NCBI GenBank assembly: GCA_043228905.1
Contig: JBHGNT010000013.1
Coordinates: forward strand, 11,966,001-12,030,000
Reading direction: 5' to 3'
Origin: Azolla caroliniana
Lineage: Eukaryota > Plantae > Polypodiophyta
DNA: 64,000 nt
Positions 39,080-51,915 of this stretch are shown in pieces; position 1 is the stretch's first letter; each line of letters starts with the position of its first letter. The notes under the pieces are model-generated. The model was not told where the DNA came from and made no database searches. It was given only the letters and a program-made list of their open reading frames with translations. A program made the translations under genes and the position numbers.

Positions 39080-39930
39080 TCTTTGTTGTTTTTTTGGGGT
39101 ACCTTTATTGCCCCTCACATTTTCTTATTTCCCCTAGTGCTCATATGATTTTATTTATTTGCCCTAATGCATTTAGTCTCAAGTCAATTCATCCCATTCT
39201 CAATTAGATTACCTTTTTTATCCCTTTCCAGGATTGCTAATGGGAATTGCATTTGGAGAAACAACAAAAATTTGGAAAAGAACTCTTTGTTGTTTTTTGG
39301 GGGTACCTTTATTGCCCTCACATTTTCTTATTTCCCCTAGTGCTCATATGATTTTATTTATTTGCCCTAATGCATTTAGTCTCAAGTCAATTCATCCCAT
39401 TCTCAATTAGATTACCCTTTTTATCCCTTTCCAGGATTGCCAATGGGAAGGGCATTTGGGGAAACAACAAAAATTTGGAAAATAACTCTTTGTTATTTCT
39501 TCGGGGTACCTTTATTGCCCTCGCATTTTCTTATTTCCCCTAGTGCTCATATGATTTTATTTATTTGCCCGAATGCATTTAGCCTCATGTGAATTCATCC
39601 CATTCTCAATTAGATTGCCCTTTTTATCCCTTTCTAGGATTGCCAATGGGAAGGGCATTTGGAGAAACAACAAACAATAGAAAAAGAACTCTTTGTTGTT
39701 TTTTTGGGGTACCTTTATTGCCCCTCACATTTTCTTATTTCCCCTAGTGCTCATATGATTTTATTTATTTTCCCTAAGGCATTTAGTCTCAAGTCAATTC
39801 ATCCCATTCTCAATTAGATTGCCCTTTTTATCCCTTTCCAGGATATTGTCAATGGGAAGGGCATTTGGAGAAACAACAAAAATTAGGAAAAGAACTCTTT
39901 GTTGTTTTTTTGGGATATCTTTATTGCCAA
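39080..39930. repeat. About 203-bp tandem repeat, about 4.2 units (duplicated at 48431-49281)
   Basis: GGGGTACCTTTATTGCCC recurs, with ACC at 39101, 39305, 39508 and 39711. Confidence 0.92.
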
Positions 39931-39934
39931 TAAA

Positions 39935-40724
39935 TTCTTCAAGTTTTTTGCATGTTTGATAAGAAGCATTTTCCCCCTACTAGGAAATTGGAAAAGAGAG
40001 TACACCACGTATGAGGGAAATATTTGTTGAAAGATGAAAGAGCATATATTTTGACTACGCCTTTTTCTATTTGTAAGTTTCAGAACTCAAGAGCTAGAAG
40101 TTCCAAGCATGCTCTTTGGTCATGCTCAATAGCCCAACAGGTATGGAATAAAGTTATCTCTTTATTCCTGACAATTAATGCATGTTGCCTCTTCTCTTGG
40201 GGATCAACAATATGGGGGGTTCTCCATTCCAATCTCCTGTTGTATGAAGCAGATGATGCTACAAAGGCTATGACAGTCATCAACAGACATCTAATTATTG
40301 TCTCCCCTTTTCAGCAACCTCGCAAGCAAAGGCGTGCATGCAACCCATGTATGGAAAACAGTATCTATGATTACATTATGGATATTACGGAAGTATCGTT
40401 GTAAAAGACGATATGAGTTCATAGTTCCTCTTCTCTCATATATATTATCGGAATTATGGGGGAGCTTATTGGCGGTTGTGCGGGTGCAATATGACAATAT
40501 GCCAGGCTCTTCAGAGTTTGTTCTGAAGAAAAAGAAAAAATTACTGCAACTATGGAGGAAGTTGCCTCTATTCACATTCTCCTATAAAGGACCGTTATGG
40601 AAATATCATCACCCTGGTCCTTGCCCTAACCATTTCTTTTGTATATAATACTCTCTAATTTTACATTTTTGTAGCCCTCTGGCACTTTTCTTAATACTAA
40701 TGAAGGAAATCTTTTTGAAAAAAA
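39935..40724 (+). mobile_element. Degenerate 3' fragment of an L1-like LINE (duplicated at 49286-50075)
   Basis: zf-RVT-like motif ICK...KHALWSCSIAQQVW, frameshifted continuation at 40298-40648, A-tail near 40718-40724. Confidence 0.6.
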
Positions 40725-42410
40725 TGAGCTAGAAGTTCAACCTAGGGAAGAGCTTACATATTATTTTCAAAGAAGCAAAGTGTTGCATGCAAGAGTATCA
40801 TCATGTTGATTTCTACAACAATGGCAAATGCATTTGACATTTACTTGATATGTTGGAGCCTATGTCTCAATTTTGTGATCCAAAACATGGCATTAAAAAG
40901 GTTGACTTGTAGCCTATGTTTCATCATGTTTCTCCGAGATATAACACATGCTTCTATACCTAGAGTTTGATTGCTTTAAACCCTATCTGGAGGAAAGAAA
41001 TGTTTCATTATTAGATCCTATAGTAGAAGCTTTAGGGAAAGATCCAACATTTTATAAGCAAGTAAAATCAATGAGAAAGAAATCAGGGATGATGTTAATA
41101 CATTCATAAAACATTTAGCATGAACGTTCTAATGTCCCTTTCACACTTAACATGAATGAGACAACCTATTCATAGGGATGGTTGTTACTATTCTTTGTTA
41201 AGATAGTATGATAAATACCCATACAAATGAGAATCAATCAAGGTAACCTTTTAACTCAACTTGTAAAACGAGATTTCAACTTCAAGGTGCCAAGATCAGA
41301 CAATATTTCCAAAGATATATTGGCATTAATTTATATGGAGGAAGTTTACATCAACAATTGCCGATGGAAAATAAAATATTTCTCAATCTAGAGCACAAGT
41401 TCTAAATTGATGAAATTTCACTTACAGAGAAAATTAATTGATTGTAGCTTTTATGTATTAAAAACTAAAAGAGAAACAAAAAGAAACCTTGTGGTTTGCT
41501 ATCTCCCAACAAGAACATTCGGATGTTCAATTGTGAAAAGACATTAATTCAACATCTTGACTCAAATATTCAAAAGCGATGACCTGCCTTCTGTGTCTTG
41601 CATTGCTATTTCTCTCCATTTTTACGTCCCAAGGTTAGCATGAGATCTATCGCAAACCTTATGCCCTAGACATTTCCGATGTTAAAATGGTTTCCCTTCT
41701 CTAGGTAAGTGGTTTGTGGTAGGATATGTCCTACAACTAATACATAATAGCATATTCACTAGGCAGCATTCCATGAGATTTTAAATTAATTGTCAATGAT
41801 GCCTAACTCTAGGTAAGCGGTTTTGTGGTAGGATATGGTTGGACATATCCCTCTACGAATACATAATAGCATATTCACTAGGCAGCATCCCATGAGATTT
41901 TAAATTAAAGGTGGGTAATGCCTAAGTGAGTCATTAATAGGTGTGGAAATGCCATTTTAATCTTCTTAAATATGTACACAAAACCAAATATTGGATGCCC
42001 TCATTATCATGAAATGTGTGTGTCTCTCTTGAAATTCCCAATGTTATCAAGAAATTCCCCTCTCCACCACAACACGACAAATCGGCATCAACGACTATCA
42101 TCCATCGTTGACATGTATGTGGGCATGCAACAAGCAAAGAAAGCCTCGAAGAAGAGCGGGGCACACACACACGCAGACACGAGGGTCCGGACATGCAGAC
42201 ACAACTCTATATATGTATATTATGCGAACACGCACACGCACACGCACACGCACACACACACGCACAAGAGTCGGACATGCGGACACAACTCTATATATGT
42301 ATACTACGCAAAAAACAAGTAAACAAGCAATCAAGCAAGACCCAATCTAGGCTCAACAAATTGTAGCCCATTGGCCGCCCGGACAAGTGTGAACGCGTGA
42401 TGTTAACAAG

Positions 42411-42438
42411 TAGCCGTTGGAGTGCAAACACATTTGAA
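42411..42438 (-). promoter_or_regulatory. MSA (mitosis-specific activator, MYB3R site) TCCAACGGCTA plus adjacent CHR-like TTTGAA in the kinesin promoter
   Basis: TAGCCGTTGGA at 42411-42421 is the reverse complement of consensus YCYAACGGYYA, about 150 bp upstream of the ATG. TTTGAA at 42433-42438. NACK1 is a known MSA/MYB3R target. Confidence 0.75.
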
Positions 42439-42564
42439 AATTTAGATCTCTGCTTCTCACTGTCTTTCTCTCTTTCTCTTTCTCTTTCTCTTTCTCTTTC
42501 TCTTTCTCTCTGTGCAGCCGAAGAAACGCCGGGTTCCCCATCAGTCCATCTTCCTCCTCCAGCT

Positions 42565-45500
42565 ATGGAGCGGCAATCCCCCTCAAACCCTAAAACTCTC
42601 GAGAAGATCCACGTCGCTATACGTGTGAGACCCCTGAGTTCTCGCGAGATCTCCCTCAGAGATTCGTCTGCGTGGGATTGTGTGGATGATCGAACCATCG
42701 CCCAACGACCCCTCCCTCCTCCTACTCCTCCTCATCCTTCCTCTACCCCTGAAAGATCCCCTCATCATCATAATCATCAGAAAAAATCTTACTCCTTTGG
42801 TATGTTCTCTCGAATCTTCTTAATGTCTTCTATGCAAACACACCTTATGTATGGATTGAATTTGTGGAAATGCTTGTTGGAAACAAACCTTATGTATGGA
42901 TGAAATGGATTGAATTTTGTGGAAATGTTTGCAAGATTTAATCTTAATCGCCCATGATTAGGTGGGTAACTGAGATAGATTATATAAATATTCCGTGTGT
43001 AACTGAGTAGATTTATTTAGCCTAGCGCACATACAAATGTGACCTGGTTCTAAGCTTTTAACCTCTTCTAGGATCATGCCATGTTAGCGTCATCTTTTTA
43101 AAACAAGAAAACCCTGTCTTGTGATTTCAAGAAAACACTCAAGTTGCATTGATGTATCTTCATCAAGAATCAAGGATGTCTCCATCCACATCCCATACAT
43201 GTGAAAGATGTCTCCATTGAAACATCGTTCTTGCATACATGCAACCATGTCTCCATCCATCTATGTAAAAGGATGTTTTCACTTGTGCGACCATGTTCTG
43301 GGCCAGGAATACAATCATTTACGCATGTGATGGCATATCTCCATCCATCAAGACACCATATTTGAACATGTGCTACCATGTCTACATCAAAACATCATCT
43401 TTTGCACAAACGTGTAATGATATCTTCTCATGAAATACTCCGCAACCCTAAACCCACAAACAGATTATGCCTGAACATGTGAAACCATGAAACTATATCA
43501 TTGCACATCTACAAGTATATGTGTTGATACCTTCAAGACTTTATTTATCATTGCACATGGAAACTATACATCCGTTCAAACATCGTGGAATGCACATGGC
43601 AAGGACGTCTACATCCATTTAGATTTCATCCTTAATACTCTACGATTGATTGAACCCTTAATATTATGTATGAGCTCATAACAGAACTCATCCATATTCT
43701 ATATATGGAAAGCACTTCATAGGAATAAGACTGGAAATGACATTGGGTGTTGGAGATGCTCCCTCATAAATGAAATTTCAGTGGTATAATTTCACCATAA
43801 ATAAGCCCATATTCTTCCTTGTTTTGTGCACAGATCGCGTGTTCGGACCAGAATCTCTTACACAGCAAGTCTATGAGCAAGCAGCTAAAGATATTGCTCT
43901 CTCTACGCTTTCTGGAGTGAATGGTAATACCTAAAACATTTCAATCTTGATTATATTCTACCTGTTCAAATAACTCAACTCCACCTGTTATGTAATCTTT
44001 TTAACAGCAACAATATTTGCATATGGGCAAACCAGCAGTGGAAAGACTTTCACAATGAGAGGCATCACTGAGAACACAATCCATGATATCTACTCCTACA
44101 TAGAAAAGGTTATAAGGAAAAATGCTAGATATGAAATACCTTTCAGAGAAGTACTGGATATTAAGAGAAATAAAATGAAGGGTTAAACTTTGCAATCCGT
44201 AATGTGATTTTGATTAGAGATGTTCTCATATGGTCTTGCAGCACAACGAAAGGAACTTTGTAATAAAGATATCAGCATTGGAGATTTATAACGAGGTTGT
44301 AAAAGATCTCCTTAACACAGACAGTACCAGTGGTCCACTCAGGCTTATGGATGATCCAGAGGTATGTATATGCTATCTTTGTGGAAACCAACACTAACCT
44401 AATGCCTATGAGTCATCGTCTTTTTTTATTATGCATCAAAGAAAACCTGTTTGTCTAATATTGATTGCTGATACTCACAGAAAGGAACTATCGTGGAGAA
44501 GTTGGTTGAAGATATTATAAGAGATGCCAAACACTTCAAACAGATTCTCTCAACTGTTGAAGGTTTGGATTCTTTCTGATTTCTGTAAGGTTCTCTTTTT
44601 CTTTCTACTTACAGTGCAAACAATGACCAATTATCAATACAGCTCAAAGGCAAGTAGGAGAAACCATGCTTAATGAGACAAGCTCAAGGTCTCATCAAAT
44701 TATCCGAGTTGTGAGTTTTTGAAACCATATGTGAATCACATAGTGAACCTTGTTGAAATTAGAAATCTGAATGAACGATTACTTGTGTAGACTGTGGAGA
44801 GCTTCCCAAAAGTAGCCGATGGGGGTTTAGTGAAGTCACTCATTGCTACTCTGGTAAGTTTGGTTGGAGTTTTCAACTAACTTACAAAATAAGGTAGAGA
44901 GGATGATTGTTAACTGCTCTTATGATTTTATACAGAACCTTGTAGATCTAGCTGGTAGCGAGCGTGCATCTCAAACACACTCTGAGGGAGCCAGATTAAA
45001 AGAAGGCTGTCACATCAACAGGAGCTTGTTGACATTGACCACTATCATCAGAAAATTAAGGTGAATTGCAATTTGCAAATCATGCAATAAGAATTGAGGG
45101 TTAAAAAGCAAAATATTTCAATGTTTAGTCTGTTTGAAATATAGTGGACCTGGACGAGAAAAGGCGGCTCATCTTCCTTATCGTGACTCAAAGCTCACTC
45201 GTATCTTGCAAAACTCACTCGGAGGAAACGCTCGCACAGCAATCATTTGCACTATGAGTCCTGCTCAGACACATTTAGAGCAGTCACGGAATACACTATT
45301 CTTTGCAACCCAGGCTAAGGAGGTCACAAATACTGCCCAAGTCAATATGGTAAACTAAGGATACCCTTTTTATTTTCGTGGTGTGTTTCACAGTAGGACA
45401 ATATAGAGTGGATTTTTTTGATCATGAGATTTTATTTATGCAGGTGGTATCTGACAAGGATATGGTAAAATTGCTCCAGAAAGAGGTCAGCCGATTAGAG

Positions 45501-47842
45501 GCCGAGCTTCGTGTCACAGAGTCTTCAGAAGTCAAAGTTTTATTAAAGCAAAAAGATGCTGAGATCCAACAGGTAGCTGTTCCTTTGCAACTTTGGAAGA
45601 TATTTACCATTATATTGGTTCGGTTGAGTAATCTTACATAATACATCTTTTTACAACTAATGCAGCTCCGAGATGAGGTGAAAGAGCTGAACTACCGACG
45701 TGATCTTGCACAGGCCGAGCTTGACAAGCTGCGGAAGAGGGTTGGAGAGCAGGAAAAGACAAAGAACATGGTATGTGATCATGTGTGTCTATGTTCCTTG
45801 TTGAACTTATTCAATCTCTGATACTGAAATTGTATCATCATCTTTTCCAGGGAACAGACTTCTTGCCATCACCTCCTATATTATCACCACGAGCAAAGAC
45901 TGACAAGCTCTCTGCCTCTATGGTGGATCTGAAAGCAATGAAGCCCAGGCAGTCTCTGGTCAGACAATCCACAAGAGCTTCGATGATGCTAATACATGAG
46001 ATCCGTAAGCTAGAGCAAATGCAACATGAACTCGGTGAGGATGCTAATACTGCTCTAGAAGTTCTTCAGAAAGAAGCAGAATGTTTAAGGTTGGCTCAAT
46101 CTGATATGAATCACGACACAGCTACCACTATCTCCAAGCTTCAAGAAGAGATAAATGAGTTAAAAGTAGGAGAAAGAGAAACAAAGGTGGGGAAACAACT
46201 TTTCCCGGCGATTCGAGAGAGCCATACTCTTCGCCAAGAGATCATGAGGCTTCAAGAGGCGGGTAGTGCTGAGGAATGTAATGCTCAGACCACCATAGCC
46301 ACATTAGAAGAGAAATTGGAGTGCGTTCAGAAGTCGATAGAGAATATGATGCTAGGATCTGCTCCTTCCACAGCAGTGGAAGCTGATTCTCCTAATAATG
46401 TTAAGGCTATAAATCGTCAAAGAAAATCTTTGACACCACGTAGAAGCTTGGCCTATGAAAACAATGAAAACAACCCACCACAGAACCAACCACAGAGTAA
46501 TAACCATGATCATGCCGGAAAGAATGCTGCAACCCCCAAGAAGAACAACTCAGTGGACATTAGGAAAATGCAGAGCATGTTTAAGACAGCTGCAGAGGAG
46601 AACATCAGAAGCATCAGAGCTTATGTCACAGAATTGAAAGAAAGAGTGGCCAAGCTTCAGTATCAGAAGCAATTGTTGGTTTGCCAGGTAATCTGCCCAT
46701 CTTCCACTAGGCCATTGATGCTTCAGATTACTCCTCAAACCCTAAAATCTAAACTAAGAACCCTAAACCCTCGATATGGTAGTGTAAACCCTATTTTAAT
46801 GTAATTTGATTGTCTATGTGAAGGTTCTTGAACTGGAGGCCAACGTAGTTGATGATGATGAAGTGGTAATGGATGAAGATGCCTTCGAGGAGTCAAGCCT
46901 ACATATCCAAAAGGTGCCCGAGAACTGGCAGCTACTGTTTCAAAAGGAAAGGATGCAGATTGCACAGCTGTGGGATCTTTGCTATGTTTCCATTATCCAT
47001 AGGTCTCAATTCTATCTCATGTTCAATGGTGACCCTGCTGATCAAGTGTACATGGAGGTGGAGCTTCGAAGGCTAGCTTGGTTGCAGGAGCATTTTGACG
47101 CTGAAACAACTGCAAGGAACCCATATGGAGTTATATCTATGGATGAAGATGGAGAATCTAGTGTAGCAGCCAGGTTGTTTTTTATCTTTGAATCTAGTCT
47201 GTTTTATTAGCTTAGTAATTAACTCTTAGCATGTGTTTAGTGTAATCTGATTCATGAACCAATACATATTGCTAAGTCCACCAATATACTGTATTGGTCT
47301 ATTGGGTAATTTCTTGATGAATCTGATTCATGAACCAACTAAACAATAGACCAGATTGATCGATACATGTTGCAAAGTCAACCAATCCTTTATAGTTGCT
47401 TGCTCAGCCTTATAAGATGGTAGTGTAAAATAGTAGTAGCAAACATGTTTGCACAACATGATTGTGACCATTTCTTCTTTATGTTCCATCTATTAACAGT
47501 TATCGCACATTGAAGAAGGAGAGAGAGCAGATTGCTAAGAGAATGAGGACGAGCTTGAGCGAGGAAGAGAGAGAAGAGGTATATCGACGATGGGGCATTC
47601 CTATTTGCGCAAAGCAGAGGAAATTGCAGGTTGCTTACAAGGTGTGGACTGATCCCCATGATGAAGATCACATCCGAGACAGCGCGGAACTTGTAGCGAA
47701 AGTGATGGGCTTCTGGAACCCGGGTAAAGAAGCCTCGAAAGAGCTTTTTGAGCTCGCCTACGCACCCCCCAGCACAAAGAAGCCATGGCTTCATGTGGGT
47801 TGGAATGCACTTCTTCATAACCTCAACAATCTGAACATCTGA
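42565..47842 (+). CDS. NACK1: Kinesin-7 NACK1/HINKEL-TETRASPORE type (motor + coiled coil + DUF3490), copy 1; 14 exons
   Basis: GT-AG exons: 42565-42799, 43834-43923, 44008-44108, 44242-44361, 44481-44562, 44643-44710, 44791-44853, 44936-45060, 45145-45349, 45444-45572, 45666-45770, 45851-46687, 46824-47173, 47500-47842. Motifs [37 protein letters not shown], and the NACK-specific [38 protein letters not shown]. Confidence 0.95.
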
Positions 47843-50800
47843 CAATCTGTTCTTTGATATATATATATATACATTGGAATCGTGAGACACAACTCCTTAA
47901 TTGGAGACAATGAAGAATTCTTCTTCCTTTTCCTTTCTCTTCCTTTCATTCACACATCATGTTTTTGGCTGTGAATCTCAAGTATTGATTGGATTCTTGG
48001 GCAATAACTAAGTTGTTTTGCAAGAAAATTTGCAAAAGAAAAAAGGGCTGGCTAGCAACAGAGTTTGTATGTATCTATGTATGTACACATTTGATAATTG
48101 CATTCTTTTCTTCCTTCATTCAGGTCTTTCAACTGCTCAAGATTCCAAAGGTCTTTGGAACTGTTATCATTATGAACTCATGCATGTAATGAATCATGTT
48201 ATACCTATCTTAGTCTTAAGCTTTAGTTAACAAGACTTCATAATGTAAATAGTATGCATGCATCCCATCATCTGGTGGGTCATAAACTCATGTATCTAAA
48301 CCATTTTGGTAATATATATAGAAGAGCATAACCTATGATCTCTATATAGAGATTATATTGATATGTGATTAGTGATCTAGATTAATATCTAATCTCTCTT
48401 TGATCTTGCTTAATAGTATATTATATAACATCTTTGTTGTTTTTTTGGGGTACCTTTATTGCCCCTCACATTTTCTTATTTCCCCTAGTGCTCATATGAT
48501 TTTATTTATTTGCCCTAATGCATTTAGTCTCAAGTCAATTCATCCCATTCTCAATTAGATTACCTTTTTTATCCCTTTCCAGGATTGCTAATGGGAATTG
48601 CATTTGGAGAAACAACAAAAATTTGGAAAAGAACTCTTTGTTGTTTTTTGGGGGTACCTTTATTGCCCTCACATTTTCTTATTTCCCCTAGTGCTCATAT
48701 GATTTTATTTATTTGCCCTAATGCATTTAGTCTCAAGTCAATTCATCCCATTCTCAATTAGATTACCCTTTTTATCCCTTTCCAGGATTGCCAATGGGAA
48801 GGGCATTTGGGGAAACAACAAAAATTTGGAAAATAACTCTTTGTTATTTCTTCGGGGTACCTTTATTGCCCTCGCATTTTCTTATTTCCCCTAGTGCTCA
48901 TATGATTTTATTTATTTGCCCGAATGCATTTAGCCTCATGTGAATTCATCCCATTCTCAATTAGATTGCCCTTTTTATCCCTTTCTAGGATTGCCAATGG
49001 GAAGGGCATTTGGAGAAACAACAAACAATAGAAAAAGAACTCTTTGTTGTTTTTTTGGGGTACCTTTATTGCCCCTCACATTTTCTTATTTCCCCTAGTG
49101 CTCATATGATTTTATTTATTTTCCCTAAGGCATTTAGTCTCAAGTCAATTCATCCCATTCTCAATTAGATTGCCCTTTTTATCCCTTTCCAGGATATTGT
49201 CAATGGGAAGGGCATTTGGAGAAACAACAAAAATTAGGAAAAGAACTCTTTGTTGTTTTTTTGGGATATCTTTATTGCCAATAAATTCTTCAAGTTTTTT
49301 GCATGTTTGATAAGAAGCATTTTCCCCCTACTAGGAAATTGGAAAAGAGAGTACACCACGTATGAGGGAAATATTTGTTGAAAGATGAAAGAGCATATAT
49401 TTTGACTACGCCTTTTTCTATTTGTAAGTTTCAGAACTCAAGAGCTAGAAGTTCCAAGCATGCTCTTTGGTCATGCTCAATAGCCCAACAGGTATGGAAT
49501 AAAGTTATCTCTTTATTCCTGACAATTAATGCATGTTGCCTCTTCTCTTGGGGATCAACAATATGGGGGGTTCTCCATTCCAATCTCCTGTTGTATGAAG
49601 CAGATGATGCTACAAAGGCTATGACAGTCATCAACAGACATCTAATTATTGTCTCCCCTTTTCAGCAACCTCGCAAGCAAAGGCGTGCATGCAACCCATG
49701 TATGGAAAACAGTATCTATGATTACATTATGGATATTACGGAAGTATCGTTGTAAAAGACGATATGAGTTCATAGTTCCTCTTCTCTCATATATATTATC
49801 GGAATTATGGGGGAGCTTATTGGCGGTTGTGCGGGTGCAATATGACAATATGCCAGGCTCTTCAGAGTTTGTTCTGAAGAAAAAGAAAAAATTACTGCAA
49901 CTATGGAGGAAGTTGCCTCTATTCACATTCTCCTATAAAGGACCGTTATGGAAATATCATCACCCTGGTCCTTGCCCTAACCATTTCTTTTGTATATAAT
50001 ACTCTCTAATTTTACATTTTTGTAGCCCTCTGGCACTTTTCTTAATACTAATGAAGGAAATCTTTTTGAAAAAAATGAGCTAGAAGTTCAACCTAGGGAA
50101 GAGCTTACATATTATTTTCAAAGAAGCAAAGTGTTGCATGCAAGAGTATCATCATGTTGATTTCTACAACAATGGCAAATGCATTTGACATTTACTTGAT
50201 ATGTTGGAGCCTATGTCTCAATTTTGTGATCCAAAACATGGCATTAAAAAGGTTGACTTGTAGCCTATGTTTCATCATGTTTCTCCGAGATATAACACAT
50301 GCTTCTATACCTAGAGTTTGATTGCTTTAAACCCTATCTGGAGGAAAGAAATGTTTCATTATTAGATCCTATAGTAGAAGCTTTAGGGAAAGATCCAACA
50401 TTTTATAAGCAAGTAAAATCAATGAGAAAGAAATCAGGGATGATGTTAATACATTCATAAAACATTTAGCATGAACGTTCTAATGTCCCTTTCACACTTA
50501 ACATGAATGAGACAACCTATTCATAGGGATGGTTGTTACTATTCTTTGTTAAGATAGTATGATAAATACCCATACAAATGAGAATCAATCAAGGTAACCT
50601 TTTAACTCAACTTGTAAAACGAGATTTCAACTTCAAGGTGCCAAGATCAGACAATATTTCCAAAGATATATTGGCATTAATTTATATGGAGGAAGTTTAC
50701 ATCAACAATTGCCGATGGAAAATAAAATATTTCTCAATCTAGAGCACAAGTTCTAAATTGATGAAATTTCACTTACAGAGAAAATTAATTGATTGTAGCT

Positions 50801-51761
50801 TTTATGTATTAAAAACTAAAAGAGAAACAAAAAGAAACCTTGTGGTTTGCTATCTCCCAACAAGAACATTCGGATGTTCAATTGTGAAAAGACATTAATT
50901 CAACATCTTGACTCAAATATTCAAAAGCGATGACCTGCCTTCTGTGTCTTGCATTGCTATTTCTCTCCATTTTTACGTCCCAAGGTTAGCATGAGATCTA
51001 TCGCAAACCTTATGCCCTAGACATTTCCGATGTTAAAATGGTTTCCCTTCTCTAGGTAAGTGGTTTGTGGTAGGATATGTCCTACAACTAATACATAATA
51101 GCATATTCACTAGGCAGCATTCCATGAGATTTTAAATTAATTGTCAATGATGCCTAACTCTAGGTAAGCGGTTTTGTGGTAGGATATGGTTGGACATATC
51201 CCTCTACGAATACATAATAGCATATTCACTAGGCAGCATCCCATGAGATTTTAAATTAAAGGTGGGTAATGCCTAAGTGAGTCATTAATAGGTGTGGAAA
51301 TGCCATTTTAATCTTCTTAAATATGTACACAAAACCAAATATTGGATGCCCTCATTATCATGAAATGTGTGTGTCTCTCTTGAAATTCCCAATGTTATCA
51401 AGAAATTCCCCTCTCCACCACAACACGACAAATCGGCATCAACGACTATCATCCATCGTTGACATGTATGTGGGCATGCAACAAGCAAAGAAAGCCTCGA
51501 AGAAGAGCGGGGCACACACACACGCAGACACGAGGGTCCGGACATGCAGACACAACTCTATATATGTATATTATGCGAACACGCACACGCACACGCACAC
51601 GCACACACACACGCACAAGAGTCGGACATGCGGACACAACTCTATATATGTATACTACGCAAAAAACAAGTAAACAAGCAATCAAGCAAGACCCAATCTA
51701 GGCTCAACAAATTGTAGCCCATTGGCCGCCCGGACAAGTGTGAACGCGTGATGTTAACAAG

Positions 51762-51789
51762 TAGCCGTTGGAGTGCAAACACATTTGAA
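51762..51789 (-). promoter_or_regulatory. MSA + CHR-like element, duplicate copy
   Basis: Same as 42411-42438, offset +9351. Confidence 0.75.
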
Positions 51790-51915
51790 AATTTAGATCT
51801 CTGCTTCTCACTGTCTTTCTCTCTTTCTCTTTCTCTTTCTCTTTCTCTTTCTCTTTCTCTCTGTGCAGCCGAAGAAACGCCGGGTTCCCCATCAGTCCAT
51901 CTTCCTCCTCCAGCT

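Larger units (their letters stand above)
38811..48157. repeat. Tandem segmental duplication, copy 1 (period 9,351 bp)
   Basis: ORFs from 40024 to 47842 recur with identical translation at +9351. No differences seen in spot checks. Confidence 0.97.

Noticed and set aside
39080-39930. CRISPR-like array
   Set aside because: Whole 203-bp units repeat with no unique spacers, no cas genes, and the context is eukaryotic.
42397-42564. N-terminal extension of the kinesin (SLSLSL...)
   Set aside because: Translation of a CT-rich 5' UTR and promoter. The likely start is ATG 42565, just before the motor domain.
46738-46770. Interstitial telomere (AAACCCT motifs; also near 59520, 60346, 63061)
   Set aside because: Only 2-3 degenerate units, typical of telo-box-like low-complexity sequence.
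48162-48430. Independent solo-LTR insertion
   Set aside because: No flush TSD, and the downstream 9 kb equals the flank of the 38811 LTR. It is part of the segmental duplication.
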